A stretch of 64,000 nt of DNA, taken from NCBI GenBank assembly GCA_951406725.2, contig OX597832.1:41230001-41294000 (forward strand). Reading direction: 5' to 3'. The stretch is from Octopus vulgaris. Its lineage: Eukaryota. Under the pieces are notes generated by a model, which was not told where the DNA came from, searched no databases, and saw only the letters and a program-made list of their open reading frames with translations. A program made the position numbers and the translations under genes. Numbering within the stretch: position 1 is the first letter of the stretch; each line of letters begins with the position of its first letter. Below are positions 1-38,518 of the stretch, in pieces.

Positions 1-29
1 TGTCCAAAATAGATACTCATCACATACCA

Positions 30-410
30 TCCTTAGGGTTTTAGTCAAACAAATTGACTCCAGTATCTAGTTTTTTTTTTTGAAAGCAAAGTACTTATTC
101 TATCAGTCACTTTTGCTGAACTGCTAAGTTATGGGGACATAAACATACCAACATCTGTTGTTAAGCAATGGTGGGGGATAAACACAGACACAAAGACACA
201 CACATATAGATATGTTCAGATACGTTCTTACAGTTTCTGTCTACCAAATCCACTCAGAAGGCTTTGGCCAACCTGAGGCTATAGTAGAAGGCACTTCTGC
301 TATAGCTTCACTTGCCAAAGTAGAAGACACTTACCCAAGGTGCCATGCAGTGGGAGTGAACCTGGAACCATGTGCCTGGGAGGCAAGCTTCTTACCACAC
401 AGCCACATAC
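30..410 (-). mobile_element. SINE family A (tRNA-like head, internal microsatellite, GTAAAAGA tail)
   Basis: Reverse complement of the repeat at 7779-8220; approximate ends. Confidence 0.75.
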
Positions 411-703
411 AGTTCTTAGTTGCGCTATTTTCTGTCTGTTCAATATAAGTGTAAGATCTGGATGCATATTTTACCCCTTTTTGGCCACCCTGTTATCAGC
501 CAACTTTACTCAATGCCCCCCAGCCCTATCTTTCTACTGCCCTCTTGAGGGTAGTACCACCCACTCTGGGAACCACTGGCCTAAACAAAGGTTAGATATC
601 TCTCACTCTCAGCTGTTGGCTGACCAGTTAGACTGAATCCATCTACTATGTTTAAAGTGGTCTAAAAACTGGTATTGTGAAGATAGTGCTTCCTTTATCT
701 CTA

Positions 704-1087
704 TCTCTATAAATATAAACGGCAAAATGTCTGTGCGTGTGTGTGTGCATGCGTGCATGTCTTTTATACAAATCCACAATTTTTCAGTTAGAGGGCTCGC
801 ACTTTCTATGGTCAATCAAAACTGTCCAAGGGTGGTCGTGCACATCTTTACGTTTCCCCAGTCACCCCGCAAAGCCATTAAAAAAAATCAATAGAAGTGA
901 CTTTTTTGTGAATTTTCTATCCAAAACCCAATCAAAATGCCCGAAACTTGATACGCCAATTGAATGCCATCTTGCTGTATGTGACTGGTCAGAGATTAGG
1001 ACAGTACTCGCGTGTATGTGCGCACACACGCAGCTGTATATGCAGGCACTAGCAGTATGACCCGGCGTTGCCAGGTCATAGTGCTAG
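704..1087 (+). mobile_element. Non-autonomous Helitron-type element, copy 1
   Basis: A|TC 5' end, 3' hairpin (ctagcagtatgacc...ggtcatagtgctag) ending CTAG|T, no TSD; homologous copies at 26609-26955 and 47226-47405. Confidence 0.7.
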
Positions 1088-1634
1088 TGTTCTATAAGTT
1101 AGAAGTTCAATAAATAGAGATTGACAAAATGAGAACCAGACTGAAAAAGTGCTGGCTTGGATATGACCTACAGAAATTCTTGTGTGTGTGTGTGTATGTA
1201 TTTATGAGCAGTGTGTGTGTGTATGCATTTATAAGTTGTGTGTGTGTGTGTATGTATTTATGAGTGGTGTGTGTATGCATTTCTGAGTGGTGTGTGTGTG
1301 TGTGTGTATGCATTTATGAATGGTGTGTGTGTGTGTGTGAATGAGTAAGAAAAAAGATAGAGAGAGAGAGGGATGGTTAGATAAATAAGCTAGGTGGGTA
1401 TAATGAGAAAGAGAGGTAAGAAAGAGAGAGAGAGAGAGAGAAAGAAGAAGAGCATGTGTTTATGGAGGGATGGGTGTTGAGGAAAATGGCAAAGATATTT
1501 GTAACTAATAAAATAGGGAATTTGAAAACAAAGAAAACAAAACAACAAAATCAATAAATAACATTAGTTTTCAATTGGAAGAATAAATATATCAATAAAT
1601 GAATAAATACATAAAAAACATATGTTGTGCTTAC

Positions 1635-26121
<24,487 letters not shown>

Positions 26122-26249
26122 CTGTAACAAAGAGAGTAAAATTAATAAAGGCACACACACACACAGACACAATTTGTGGAAGTATCATTTGAAAATCTGT
26201 GAACTATTTCCTCTTCAGTTTTATAGTAGCCAAAAATAGAGCAGGGTTG

Positions 26250-27990
26250 GTAGAAGAAAAAAAGTTGTACTGAAATGTGATTATAAAATGAGTTTGAATT
26301 TGGTTAGGGACAGATGATTCTGGCCTGATGCTAATACAATTTGATGGTATATGTCCATATTGTACAAATGACATAAGGTTCATTAGAGTGTTTTAGACAT
26401 AATCTCTGTAATCAAGGCCTGTTATACGATTTATATTTTTTATTTGTAATTGTCCTCCAAAGGTATCCTAATTCTTCTGATTTGTTTTATTTGGTATAGG
26501 AAGACAAGAGTACTGTAGGTGAGGCCATGGAAAGAACAGAAAGATCTTTGAGTCTGAAAGATTTTATTGTTAAAGTGGGGATACTCTAGCTGATGTTGTC
26601 ATCAATAGTCTCTATATACATAAATGGCAAAATGTCTGTCTATGTGTGTGTCCTTTATACAAATCCACAGTTTTTCAGTCAGAGGGCTCGCATTTCCTAA
26701 GGTCATTCAAAACCGTCCAAGGGTGGTCGTGCACATCTTTACATTTCCCCAGTCACCCTGCAAAGCCATTAAAAAATCAATAGAAGTGTCTTTTTTTGTG
26801 AATTTTCTATCCAAAACCCAATCAAAATGCCTGAAACTTGATATGCCAATTGAATGCCAGCTAGCTGTATGTGACTGGTCGGAGATTAGGACAGTACGCA
26901 GCTGTATATGCATGCACTAGCACTCTCACCCGGCAACACTGGGTCATAGTGTTAGTTACTCTTAAATCTCTGACATTGTTAGATGACACGAGAAGTTCAA
27001 CTGAAGGAAGAAAATATGAGTGTTTATGTGTCACCTCTTTTCTAAAGTGGATGACATCATTTAAAATACACTGTTTTGTTTCACCCACTGGATTACAACG
27101 AATAAACCAGATCAGCGTCTATCTAATTGTTTGCTTTGTTTATCACTCCTGCAAAGTTACAGTCTTTTGTGTAAATTTTTACTGTGCCGTGTCTGGTAAC
27201 ATTTATGATGTTGTTGATGAAAGAGATTAAAGAAAGTGAGTCTAACAGAACACTTTGAGGAAGGGAACACATCTGATGACTTATCTGGGCATCAGTGGAT
27301 TTGGTCATTCCTAACAGGCTGGATTCTATTTTTCTATAGACTCCAATAATCAGTTGTTCTAACAGAATTCTGTGATCAACTCTATTGGAGACCTTATATG
27401 AAACTGTTGGTTCTTGAGTTACTCTGAAACTTCTGGCAATTATTAATAAAAAGTGCATCTGTACTCATGTTTTGAGTTCTATTTTCTTAGCAGCATTTCG
27501 TCCGTCTTTATGTTCTGAGTTCAAATTCTGCCAAGGTCAACTTTGCCTTTTTACCTTTCAGGGTTGATAAAATAAGTTACCAGTTGAGTACTGGGGTCGA
27601 TGTAATCGATTTACCCTGCCTCCCTCGAAATTGCTGGCTTTGTGCTAAAATTTGAAATCAATGCAGGCAATGTGCTAGTATGGACCGATGACATGAATGA
27701 ATGATAAGCACTGCATGATGAGTAACTCTTTGTGAAGCAGTTCATTCATTCATTTACTCATTCTGAATAACCAAAATGATTATTCAGAGTGAGTAATGAC
27801 TACGTTAGGTCAGCTTAGCTCAAAAACAAGTTTCACTGTAACATGTTTGAGGGATTGGCAGCAGTGAAACAATGTGCTCTTGATTGAGGAGGATGCTATG
27901 GAAGAGGAGAATAAGGAATTGGTGAGATCAGGTCTTGGGATTTGGTTTTTGTAGATGAGATAACAAAAGAGTGATGGTATGTGATGATAT
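26250..27990 (-). pseudogene. Highly decayed CR1/L2-like LINE ORF2 relic, interrupted by Helitron and SINE
   Basis: RVDHRILLEQL..GV...LPQSVLL...FINNI...TVKIY resembles RT motifs (VDH.ILL.KL, VPQGSVLGP, FINDL, FADD). Confidence 0.55.
26609..26955 (+). mobile_element. Non-autonomous Helitron-type element, copy 2, inside a CR1-like relic
   Basis: Near-identical to 704-1087 over most of its length. Confidence 0.7.
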
Positions 27991-29803
27991 ACTGCATGGC
28001 AGATGTCAATAACCTGGGACATTATGGACAAATAGACTGTAAAAGATTAAAGGCAGTTATGTATGATATCTACCTACCTATGTATGTACATTCATTCATA
28101 CACACATACACACACACACCAATGCAAGCACATGCACACACACACAAACAAACACACACACGCACACACACACACTAATGCAAGCACATGCACACACAAA
28201 CACGCTTACAAACACACACACACACAGTGATTGTTCTATCTTCTTAGACAATTGTCATCTTGTGCTTCCTCATAGCCAGTGGCATTTCTGGCTTTCCATC
28301 CATGACCTTACAGATGACTACCCAGTCTTGTTGCATATCTGCATGGTTTGAAACATGGTTTGACAGATGGAAGTTGTAACTTACTGTGTACTTCCAACTG
28401 GTGAGGTCTGCACACATTGCCCTTCTTCTATCACCATAGGACTTCTCAGGAAGCTCTTGCAGTGGCCTTCATTTTGCTAAGCCCTGTAGAAGAACTCAGA
28501 AGATAGGGCTTCCAACCAGACCTCTTGTGATCCCCCTAAAGCTAGGAATTATTCAGCACCTCTCGTACACATGCATATGTTTCATACACTCCTAATGATA
28601 TAATCATTACCAACTGGATTTACTGGATTTCAACTGCATCAGACTATACACTACATCCCTTTGTTTTGTTTTGGTTCACTATGTGCTTTGTAGCCTGAAC
28701 CATTAAAGGGGCTTTTATTATGAGTAGCACCAGAATAGTTAAATCCATATATTGACCATTAAATATGGAGATGTACTTGCATAGCAAGTGATTTGATCTG
28801 AGATTGTGTGCTGGAACGAAAACAATTGCAGAGTGGAAGGTGTTTCTTAAATGGCTTACAAACACCTTCCACGCGACCATTAAATATATATACATCTTTT
28901 ATTTTTTCTTTTACTTGTTTCAATCATTAGACTACGGCCATCCTGGGGCACTGTCTTGAAAAATTTTTAGTCAAATGTATTGACCCCAGTACTTATTTTT
29001 TAAAGTCTGGCACATATTCTATTGGTCTCTTTTGCCAAACTGCTAAGTTATAGGGACGTAAACACACTGGCACCAGTTGTCAAATGGTGGTGGTAGTGGT
29101 GGGGAAGGGTACAAATACACATACACACACAACAGGCTTCTTTCAGTTTCTGTCTACCAGATCAACTCGCAAGGCTTTGGTCAGCTTGAGGCTATAGTAG
29201 AAGACATCTGTTCAAGGTGCCGTGCAGTGGAAATGACCTCTGAACCATGTGGTAGCAAAGCAAGCTTCTTACCACACAACCATGCTTACTTCTTTTAGTT
29301 TCTATCTGCCAAATCCATTCCAAGGCTTTGGTCAGCCTAGAGCTGTAGTAAAAGACACTTGCCCAAAGTGCCAGGCAATGGGACTGAATACAAAACCATA
29401 GGGTAAAAATTGCTGGTTGGCCAGGTGAGTTCTTAATTGGTGATCTAAATGAATGAGCTAATGAAAATTGTGTTCAGAGATACAACAAAACACCTATAGT
29501 GGGGGAAAAAGATGACCTATCTTCTTGTTTGTAGCAGAAGCACACCCTGTCTATGAACCGTAACCTTTTAGGCTGATGATAACCCGAACATATCACCTGA
29601 AGCCTAATTGGTTCACACACAATGACAAGGTATATGTATAGGTAGTTCCTGTTGCTTATAAGCTACAAACAGTCTATTGAGCACAATGCTATTAATTCCC
29701 CATGACTCACATATACACCCAACGCTACCAACAAAAAGAAAATTTTCTTTTATTCACATGAATCAAAAAGAAAGGTAATGTTATACTCTGCAGACTAATC
29801 TTC

Positions 29804-29858
<55 letters not shown>

Positions 29859-30020
29859 TGTGTAGTTAAAAGGTTCATTTTGCAAATAAATGCTATTGGA
29901 ACTTGATCCCAATCCATGGCATTCTGAGCAAGTGTCTTCTACTGTAACTCTGAGTAGACAAATACCATAAGAGTGATCTTTGGTAGTGAGAAAGTGTACA
30001 GAATCCCATCATACTATCTA

Positions 30021-30115
30021 CAGCAGTACATATTCTAAAATTGGAACGATACAGAGAAGACCTGCATGGCCCCTGTGCAAGGATGGCATGCAAATTCGTG
30101 AAGTTCCATATTTTT
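30021..30115 (+). pseudogene. U6 snRNA retro-pseudogene (5'-truncated)
   Basis: cagcagtacatattctaaaattggaacgatACAGAGAagacctgcatggcccctgtgcaaggatggcatgcaaattcgtgaagttccatattttt matches U6 including the ACAGAGA box and oligo-T; several substitutions (AGC triad changed to TGC); no PSE/TATA upstream. Confidence 0.9.
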
Positions 30116-30576
30116 CTAATCACTGATAGTGCTCAGCATGGCCATAGCCTTAGGGCTGAAATGTGTAAAAGAATAAAAGAATATATGTGTAAGTATCATC
30201 ATCATCATCATCATCACCACTGCCACCGCTGCCGCCACCACCACCACCTGATAGAGTGTCCTTATATTTTCGAACAAGGGAATCGTGTCGTATAGCCAGC
30301 TAGAGACGATGTCTCCTGGAGCTGAATTACAGCAACATTTGTCCTAAACCAGGACTGCCATGTTATGTTGGCAAATAATCTTTACTCCAAAGTACACACA
30401 CACACATGCATATGTGTATAGATATATGTGTGTGTGTGTGTGTGATATGGGTGGGTGGGGTGTATGAGAAGGTATGTTTTTTGTCTGTATGTGTCTACAC
30501 ATTGACAACACTTGGGTAATTGTGTTATCAGTCGATGTCCTGCATAATCCATAATCTAGTTTTGCTGCTCAGTGAT

Positions 30577-31222
30577 CGTGGACATATTTACAAAGTCAGA
30601 AAACAGCACAGTTCCTTCCATGACTTTCGGAAACATTTTTTCACGCTAAGAGTTGCTGAAGCATGGAACAAACTTCCGGCATCAGTTGTTAGTTGTCGGA
30701 GCACTGCATCCTTCAAAACTTCCATGCTTCCTGAGATTCGCCAACACTACACCTGATCTTCTCCCCTTCATACACACAGAAGCATGTATCTGACTCATGC
30801 ATTCTTCGCTTTCCAGACATTTGTACATTACTGCATATGCTTTATACACACTTTCTGACAAGCTGTGGTGCACCTGAGCACTGTATACAATAAGTTCATT
30901 ATTTCTATATTATTAATGCGATTCTCTGTCATTTAATGTGAAAACATATAATTTTTTCACGCTAAGAGTTGCTGAAGCATGGAACAAACCTCCAGCATCA
31001 GTTGTTAGTTGTCAGAGCACTGCATCCTTCAAAACTTCCATGCTTCCTGAGATTCGCCAACACTACACCTGATTTTCTCCCCTCCATACACACACAAGCA
31101 TGTATCTGACTCATACACTGTTCGCTTTCCAGACATTTATACATTACTGCATGTACTTTATATGCACTTTCTGACAAGCTGTGGTGCACCTGAGCACTGT
31201 ATACAATCATTTCATTATTATT
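30577..31222 (+). mobile_element. Two tandem CR1-like LINE 3' ends
   Basis: RGHIYKVRKQ..RKHFFTLRVAEAWNKLPASVV (CR1 ORF2 C-terminus); repeated at 30952-31222; inverted copy at 36638-36858. Confidence 0.8.
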
Positions 31223-31554
31223 ATGTCACATCTTGCTTATGTTCAAGTTAGACAAGCAAGGTTTGACATCAGGAAGGGCATCTAACCACAGAATATCACC
31301 ACCTCAGGTGATCTCAACCGTGTCAGGATAGAAAATGTGAACATAAAAACAATGTATGATGATAACAATAAACACATACACACTGACATACATTCACAAA
31401 ATGAACACACATATAAGCACATGTACATAAAACCACACATTCACACACACACACACACACTAACACACTAACACACATACGCAGCGACAACAACAGCAAC
31501 AAATGTAGCAATGGCATATAGTGAATTTATTTGCACCCTCCCCCAACCGCCAGA

Positions 31555-31588
31555 ACCACCACCACCACAACCACCACCACAACTGCTG

Positions 31589-31627
<39 letters not shown>

Positions 31628-31777
31628 TTACTACTACTACTACCACTACCACCACGACTGCTGCACCTACTACTACTACTACTACTACTACTACCACTAC
31701 CACCACAACTGCTGCACCTACTACTACTACTATTACTACTACTACTACTACTACCACTACCACCACAACTGCTGCAC

Positions 31778-31826
<49 letters not shown>

Positions 31827-31849
31827 CACTACCACCACGACTGCTGCAC

Positions 31850-31913
<64 letters not shown>

Positions 31914-31927
31914 CACAACTGCTGCAC

Positions 31928-31961
<34 letters not shown>

Positions 31962-31984
31962 CACTACCACCACAACTGCTGCAC

Positions 31985-32024
<40 letters not shown>

Positions 32025-32045
32025 CACTACCACCACGACTGCTGC
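31555..32045. repeat. Compound (ACT/ACC)n microsatellite with periodic gctgcacct interruption
   Basis: About 7 higher-order units of accaccac(a/g)actgctgcacct(act)n. Confidence 0.95.
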
Positions 32046-32223
32046 CAATGACACCCCACCACCACCACCAACTCAGTATCATGGACATTGCATCAACAAC
32101 TGGCACAGTGACACAAAATTGCACACACACACACACACGTACACACACATGCATGTGTACTGATGCAAATACATATAAGTAAACTTACATACACATACTG
32201 ACACGGACACACATATGCAAACT

Positions 32224-32279
<56 letters not shown>

Positions 32280-32326
32280 CATACATGCATTCATACAAAC
32301 ACACACACACACACACACACACATAC

Positions 32327-32359
<33 letters not shown>

Positions 32360-33375
32360 AGCATATTAATCGGTCCAACAATGATCTAAAAATGATTTAA
32401 AAATAAAAATCTCACTACTTCCTTCCATGTTCACATTTTGATACAACGATACACATACATACATACAGACACAAACACACAGCAACACAAATACACATAC
32501 AAATAAGCTTACAACATACACACACATACACATACACACCAAGAACAACAACAACACCAGTAAGTGCTAAAAGTTAAGTCTTACCACCTTCATTATAACT
32601 ACCGCCACCACCACCACCACCACCACCACCACCAAAAACAACAACATTACAACTTATATCACCACCATCACTACCAACGGCAACAACATCGTCACCACCA
32701 CCACCACCATCGTCGTCATGTATACCACCATGACCCTCTGCCAACAAGCACCCCCCTCCCTCCCTCCCTACCACTACCATCATTTCTGTGAAAGTTTTCA
32801 CAACTATTCCCACTTGTTCCTGGAATTTCCTGTCAAACATCCGTATTTCTGTGGGAATTTGATTACAGCTAACTTTGGCCTCCTTTCTGTTGCATTTATA
32901 TATATACATACATACATATACATATACATATATATATATATATATACTATATATATACTATAAATATATATACTTATATATATATATATATATATATTAT
33001 AAATATATATACTTATATATATATATATATACTATAAATATATATACTTATATATATATATCATCATCATCATCATCATCATCATCATTTAGCGTCCGTT
33101 TTCCATGCTAGCATGGGTTGGACGGTTCTGCTGGGGTCTGTGAAGCCAGAAGGCTTCATCAGGCCCAGTCAAATCTGGCAGTGTTTCTACGGCTGGATGC
33201 CCTTCCTAACGCCAACCACTCCGTGAGTGTATATATATATATTATAAATATATATACTTATATATATATATATATACTATAAATATATATACTTATATAT
33301 ATATATATATTATATCTATCTATCTATATATATACATACTATATATACTTGTATATATATATATACTACATACAT

Positions 33376-33424
<49 letters not shown>

Positions 33425-33438
33425 CATATATATTCACA

Positions 33439-33480
<42 letters not shown>

Positions 33481-33917
33481 TACATATACTTATATATATA
33501 TATACACACACACTACATATACTTATATATACACACACACACACACACAGATATATATACATATATATACATATATAATTTTATACACACCCATCTATTT
33601 GTCTAAACTGTCCAGCTACCTGCCTCAGCTGACTGCCCTTTTATCTAGAAAGGTTAGTAATCTATCTGTCGGTCTGTCTGCCTGTCTGTCTATCTATCAA
33701 TACATCCAAACACATTATGCATACATGCACATGTACACAAACACGTGTTGGTATGTGTGTGTGTCTGCTTGATTGTTCTGTACCTCATTCATATATTTCT
33801 CACCCTCTCCTCCCTGCTCTCTCTCTCTCTCCTTAAGTACATAAACATATCTACATATTGTTGCTATTATGCAAAAGTGTTGTAAGTCCAAAACTTTGCT
33901 TTTCCAGAAAACGAAAA

Positions 33918-34326
33918 TGTGACAGAAGCTGTTCTCTGCACATTTTCAGTGTTTACAGCACCTGAGCATTTGCCACATGCAAAAACTATCTTCCCAGTTA
34001 GCCTCCCTTATGTGTCCATAGCTTACACTGGGTACATCTTGTGGATTTTCTGCCTACGCCTTTTCTACAGATCGAGCAGGGCCATCTACCTGAAGGGATT
34101 TGTGGTTTGTCTGCCTGCTTACTTATTAAGACTTTGGTTTTAGCTAGGTTGACTCTAAGGCCCTTCAATTCGAATCCTTGCTTCCACACCTGAAACCTTT
34201 CTTCTAGTTCTGATAGTGACTCAGCAATTAGAGCAAGGTCATCAGCATGGAGGAGCTCCCAGGGGCATCCTGTCTTGAATTCCTTTGTTATTGCCTGAAG
34301 GACTATGATGAATAAGAGGGGGCTGA
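33918..34326 (-). pseudogene. RTE-clade LINE RT fragment
   Basis: SPLLFIIVLQAITKEFKTGCPWELLHADDLALIAES...KGLRVNLAKTKVL. Confidence 0.85.
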
Positions 34327-35156
34327 AGGGGCATCATTTAATGTCTGTTTTCCATGCTGGCATGGGTTGTACAGTTTGACTGAGGTCTGGAAAGCCAGGT
34401 GGCTGCACCAGGCTCCAATCTGATCTGGAATGTTTCTACAGCGAGATGCCCTTCCAAATGCCAACCACTCCAAGAGTGAAGTGGGTGCTTTCTACATGCC
34501 ATCGGCACGGGAGCCAGTCAGGCAGGCCTGGCATCAATCACGTTCAGATAGTGCTTTTTACATGCCACGGGCATGGGGGCCAGTTAGGGAGCACTGGCAT
34601 CAGTCACGTTTGGATGGTGCATTTTATGTGCCACTAGCATGGGAGCCAGTCAGGCAGCCCTGGTATTGACCACGTTCAGACAGTGCTTTTTACATACCAC
34701 CGACATGTAAATATATATATATATGGAGACACACTCATGTTCACACACACACATTTCCAAGCCTTTTGATACAACCATATACTGCTCATCACTTTGGAAA
34801 GTCCTAAAAGACAACCCAGTAGAAAAGGTTAACATTACTTTCCTTAAATCTACATATGAAGGTTCACAATCTGCTTTCAAGACAAACAGTGTACATATAT
34901 AGATATTCTTTTAATCTTTTACTTGTTTTAAGTCATTTGGCTGCAGCCATGCTGGAGCACTGCCTTAAAGGGCTTTCTCCTTTCTTTTTTTTTAGTTGAA
35001 CAAATCGACCCCCAGGACTTATTCTTTGTAAGCCTAGTATTTATTCTATCGGTCTCTTTTGCTGAATTGCTAAGTTACAGGGACATAAACACACCAATAT
35101 TGATTGTCATGTAATAGTGGGGATACAAACACAGATGCAAAGACACACACACATAA

Positions 35157-35187
<31 letters not shown>

Positions 35188-35261
35188 TACATACATATAT
35201 ACATACATATATACATACATATAAACATATATATATACATATATATACATATATATATACA

Positions 35262-35306
<45 letters not shown>

Positions 35307-35448
35307 ATGGGCTTTTAGCTTCTGTTTACCAAATCCACTCATTGTTGGCCTGAGGCTATAGCAGAAGACACTTGCCCAAGTTGCCATGCAGTGGGACTGA
35401 ACCTGGCTCCACGTGCTTGGGAAGTAATCTTCTTACCACACAGCTATG

Positions 35449-35497
<49 letters not shown>

Positions 35498-36240
35498 GGA
35501 GGTAAAATTAAATAGCACAAGTGAAAATATAACATAGTTCCTGAATAGACAGGACTCTCACCTCTATAACTTATAACAGGTAAACACTACAACCCACGCT
35601 AATAATAACACTACTATCATCAACTTGTTTCTCCTCTGCAACCCAAAACTAGTTAACAACCACCACTGCTACTGCCGCCACCACCACAGCCAGCAGCAGC
35701 ACCACCACCACTGCCGCCACTGCTGCTGCCACCACCATCACCACTACCACCACCACCATCATTATCACCATCCGACCACCAAACACACAACATGTCTCAC
35801 ACGAGACATGAACATGACATATGTCAACATTTCAAAGAACAAATAATAAATAGATAAAAAACCAAGAAATAAAAAATTTCAGAAATGTGAGAAAAGAATA
35901 AATCTTATTTATTGTTTGTTTCTGTTTTTTAAAAATTTAAATAATATTTGCACTGATGTCCCAAAGATATGATAACTATTGGAGTTTCAGGGGTTTGAAT
36001 GCAAAGACATTTGAGACAAATAGCTCATGTCTCAACAAAACTGGGTTGGACAGGGGAACCTGCTGCACATTATCCCTCTGTTCTGAGTTCAAATCCTGTT
36101 AGCACTGTTTTTACTTTTTTTTTCTTTAAAAGTAATGTACCAATAATATAATTTTTTCTTTTATTGTCTTGAGTTCTGGGACTCATAGTGATGGTTACAT
36201 GGTTTCCATGGTATATAAGTGACTATGATAATAATAATGT

Positions 36241-36622
36241 GGAGGCGCAATGGCCCAGTGGATAGGGCAGCGGACTCGCGGTCAGAGGATCACGGTTTCG
36301 ATTCCCAGACCGGGCATTGTGAGTGTTTATTGAGCGAAAACACCTAAAGCTCCACGAGGCTCCGGCAGGGATGGTGGTGATCCCTGCTGTACTCTTTTAC
36401 CACAACTTTCTCTCACTCTTACTTCCTGTTTCTGTTGTACCTGTATTTCAAAGGGCCGGCCTTGTCACTCTCTGTGTCACGCTGAATATCCCCGAGAACT
36501 ACGTTAAGGGTACACGTGTCTGTGGAGTGCTCAGCCACTTACACGTTAATTTCACGAGCAGGCTGTTCCGTTGATCGGATCAACCGGAACCCTCGTCGTC
36601 GTAACCGACGGAGTGCTTCCAG
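36241..36622 (+). mobile_element. tRNA-derived SINE family D
   Basis: ggaggcgcaatggcccagtgg (A box)...ggtttcgattccc (B box); shares its 5' part with 52747. Confidence 0.8.
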
Positions 36623-37384
36623 ATAATAATAATAATAATGAAATTATTGTATACAGTGCTCAGGTGCACCACAACTTGTCAAAAAGTGCATATAAAGTAT
36701 ATGCAGTAATGTACAAATGTCAGATACATGCTTGCGTGTGTATGGATGGGAGAAAAATCAGGTGTAGTGTTGGCGAATCTCAGGAAGCATGGAAGTTTTG
36801 AAGGATGCAGTGCTCCGACAACTAACAACTGATGTCGGCAGTTTGTTCCATGCTTCTGAATGGCATGCCAGTCTGTCACAGAGTTACTTGTTTACGGCCG
36901 AGTGGACTGGAGTGGTGTGAAATCAAGTGTTTTGCTCAAAAACACAATGTACTGCCCAGTAAGAGAATTGAAACCACAACTGCAAGATTGTGAGTGCAAC
37001 ACTCTAATCTCTAAGCCATGTGTCTCTACTAATATAATAAACATGCATAAACTGAAATCCTTTTATTCTTCCCTTGGAGCAGGAGAAGAAATAAACCTGG
37101 GCCTGAAATAATTTCCTCTAGGGTCCAATATTGATTCCCAGCCTTCTGGTGTTAATAAAGAATACATTAGGTTATTATTTGGGTGATGGAAGAAATGATA
37201 AAGGTTTGGAAAATACTTTTCAATATTTCCTATTGTTAAGGTGGTGAAATGGCAGAAGCGTTAGCATGCTGGGCAAAATGCTTAGTGGCATTTTGTCCGT
37301 CTTCAAGTTCTGTGTTCAAATTCCACCAAGGTCAATTCTGCCTTTTATCCTTTTGGAGTCGATGAAATAAGTACCAGTTAAACA

Positions 37385-38460
37385 TGTATGCTGAAAGAGT
37401 GGTGGTTCCAACTACATTACAAAAAGGTGTATTGCAACATTTTCACAGCGGACATCCAGGAATGGCAAAGATGAAGGCTCTGATGAGGAGTTATGTCTGT
37501 TGGCTGTCTATGGACCGAGATATCGCAAACTTGGTGAGAACATGGTGAGGTTGCATGCTTGCAGCCAAAGTCCTGCCAGTAAAATATCAATTGTGGCCAG
37601 AGATGGAGAACCCATGGTCTAGATTACACATTGACTATGCTGGACCTGTAAACGGTGCTTACTACCTAATCATAGTAGATAACTGTACTAAGTGGTCAGA
37701 GGTTTGCAGGTGCTAAAGACCAACCTCTAAGACAACTATGAAGTTCTTATATGAATTGTTTGTGCAATACAGTGTCCCTGACATGCTAGTTTCAGATAAT
37801 GGGATGCAGTTCTCTGGGTATGAATTCAAGAACTTCTGTAAAAAGTATGCAATAAAGCATATTTTCACTCCACCCTACCACCTGAGGTCAAATGGGCAGG
37901 TAGAAAGATTTGTGGACACCTTTAAGAGAGCATTAAGAAAAGCAAGGAATGAATTAAGTAATGATGGAGCACTGACAAATTTCTCAAGAATATACAGAGT
38001 GACCCCCAATCCAAGTACAAATTCAAGGAAGTCTCCCACAGAATTGATGTTCACAAGAAAAATAAAATCCAGTTTTGATAATCTATTACCAGAGAAAAAA
38101 AGATGTAACGGAACTATGAAAGAGCCAATGAAATACGTCAAAATATGTGATAAAGTGCATTTTGAAACCTATAGAAATGGTAAAGAAGGCAGGGAAGATG
38201 GCTTTGTTACCAGAAAAATTGGAAGTATGATGTATCTAATTAAAGGGTTACATGGTGAACATAAGAGACATATAAACCAACTAAGGAAGAGGCATGCCCA
38301 TGAAGGAAGAGGCATACCCAGGAAGAAATTCCTATGGAAGTATTCTATGAAATATTTGATGTACCAGTATCAAAAGTAAAACAGTCCCATAGAACCTGCA
38401 TGAGAAAAAGAAAGCAGATCGAACACCCTAAGATAATGCCCAAGTGAAAGAGATACTAAA
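37385..38460 (+). pseudogene. Ty3/Gypsy pol integrase region, disrupted
   Basis: HSGHPGMAKMKALMRSYV, PWSRLHIDYAGP, LVSDNGMQF, TPPYHLRSNGQVERFVDTFKRAL; internal stop codons. Confidence 0.9.
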
Positions 38461-38518
38461 AAAATATAATAAAAAATTTATTTATTCCTTTGGAACACAA
38501 AATCTCAAAAGGCGGGGA

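Noticed and set aside
212-636. Recurrent ORF motif SVSVYQIHSQG...EDTCPRCHAVG
   Set aside because: Antisense translation of SINE family A, not a protein family
30021-30115. Functional U6 gene
   Set aside because: 5' stem-loop missing, catalytic AGC mutated, no upstream promoter
36241-36315. tRNA gene
   Set aside because: tRNA-like head continues into a SINE body; no complete acceptor stem
37738-38379. 213-aa ORF as a host gene
   Set aside because: Part of a disrupted Gypsy integrase
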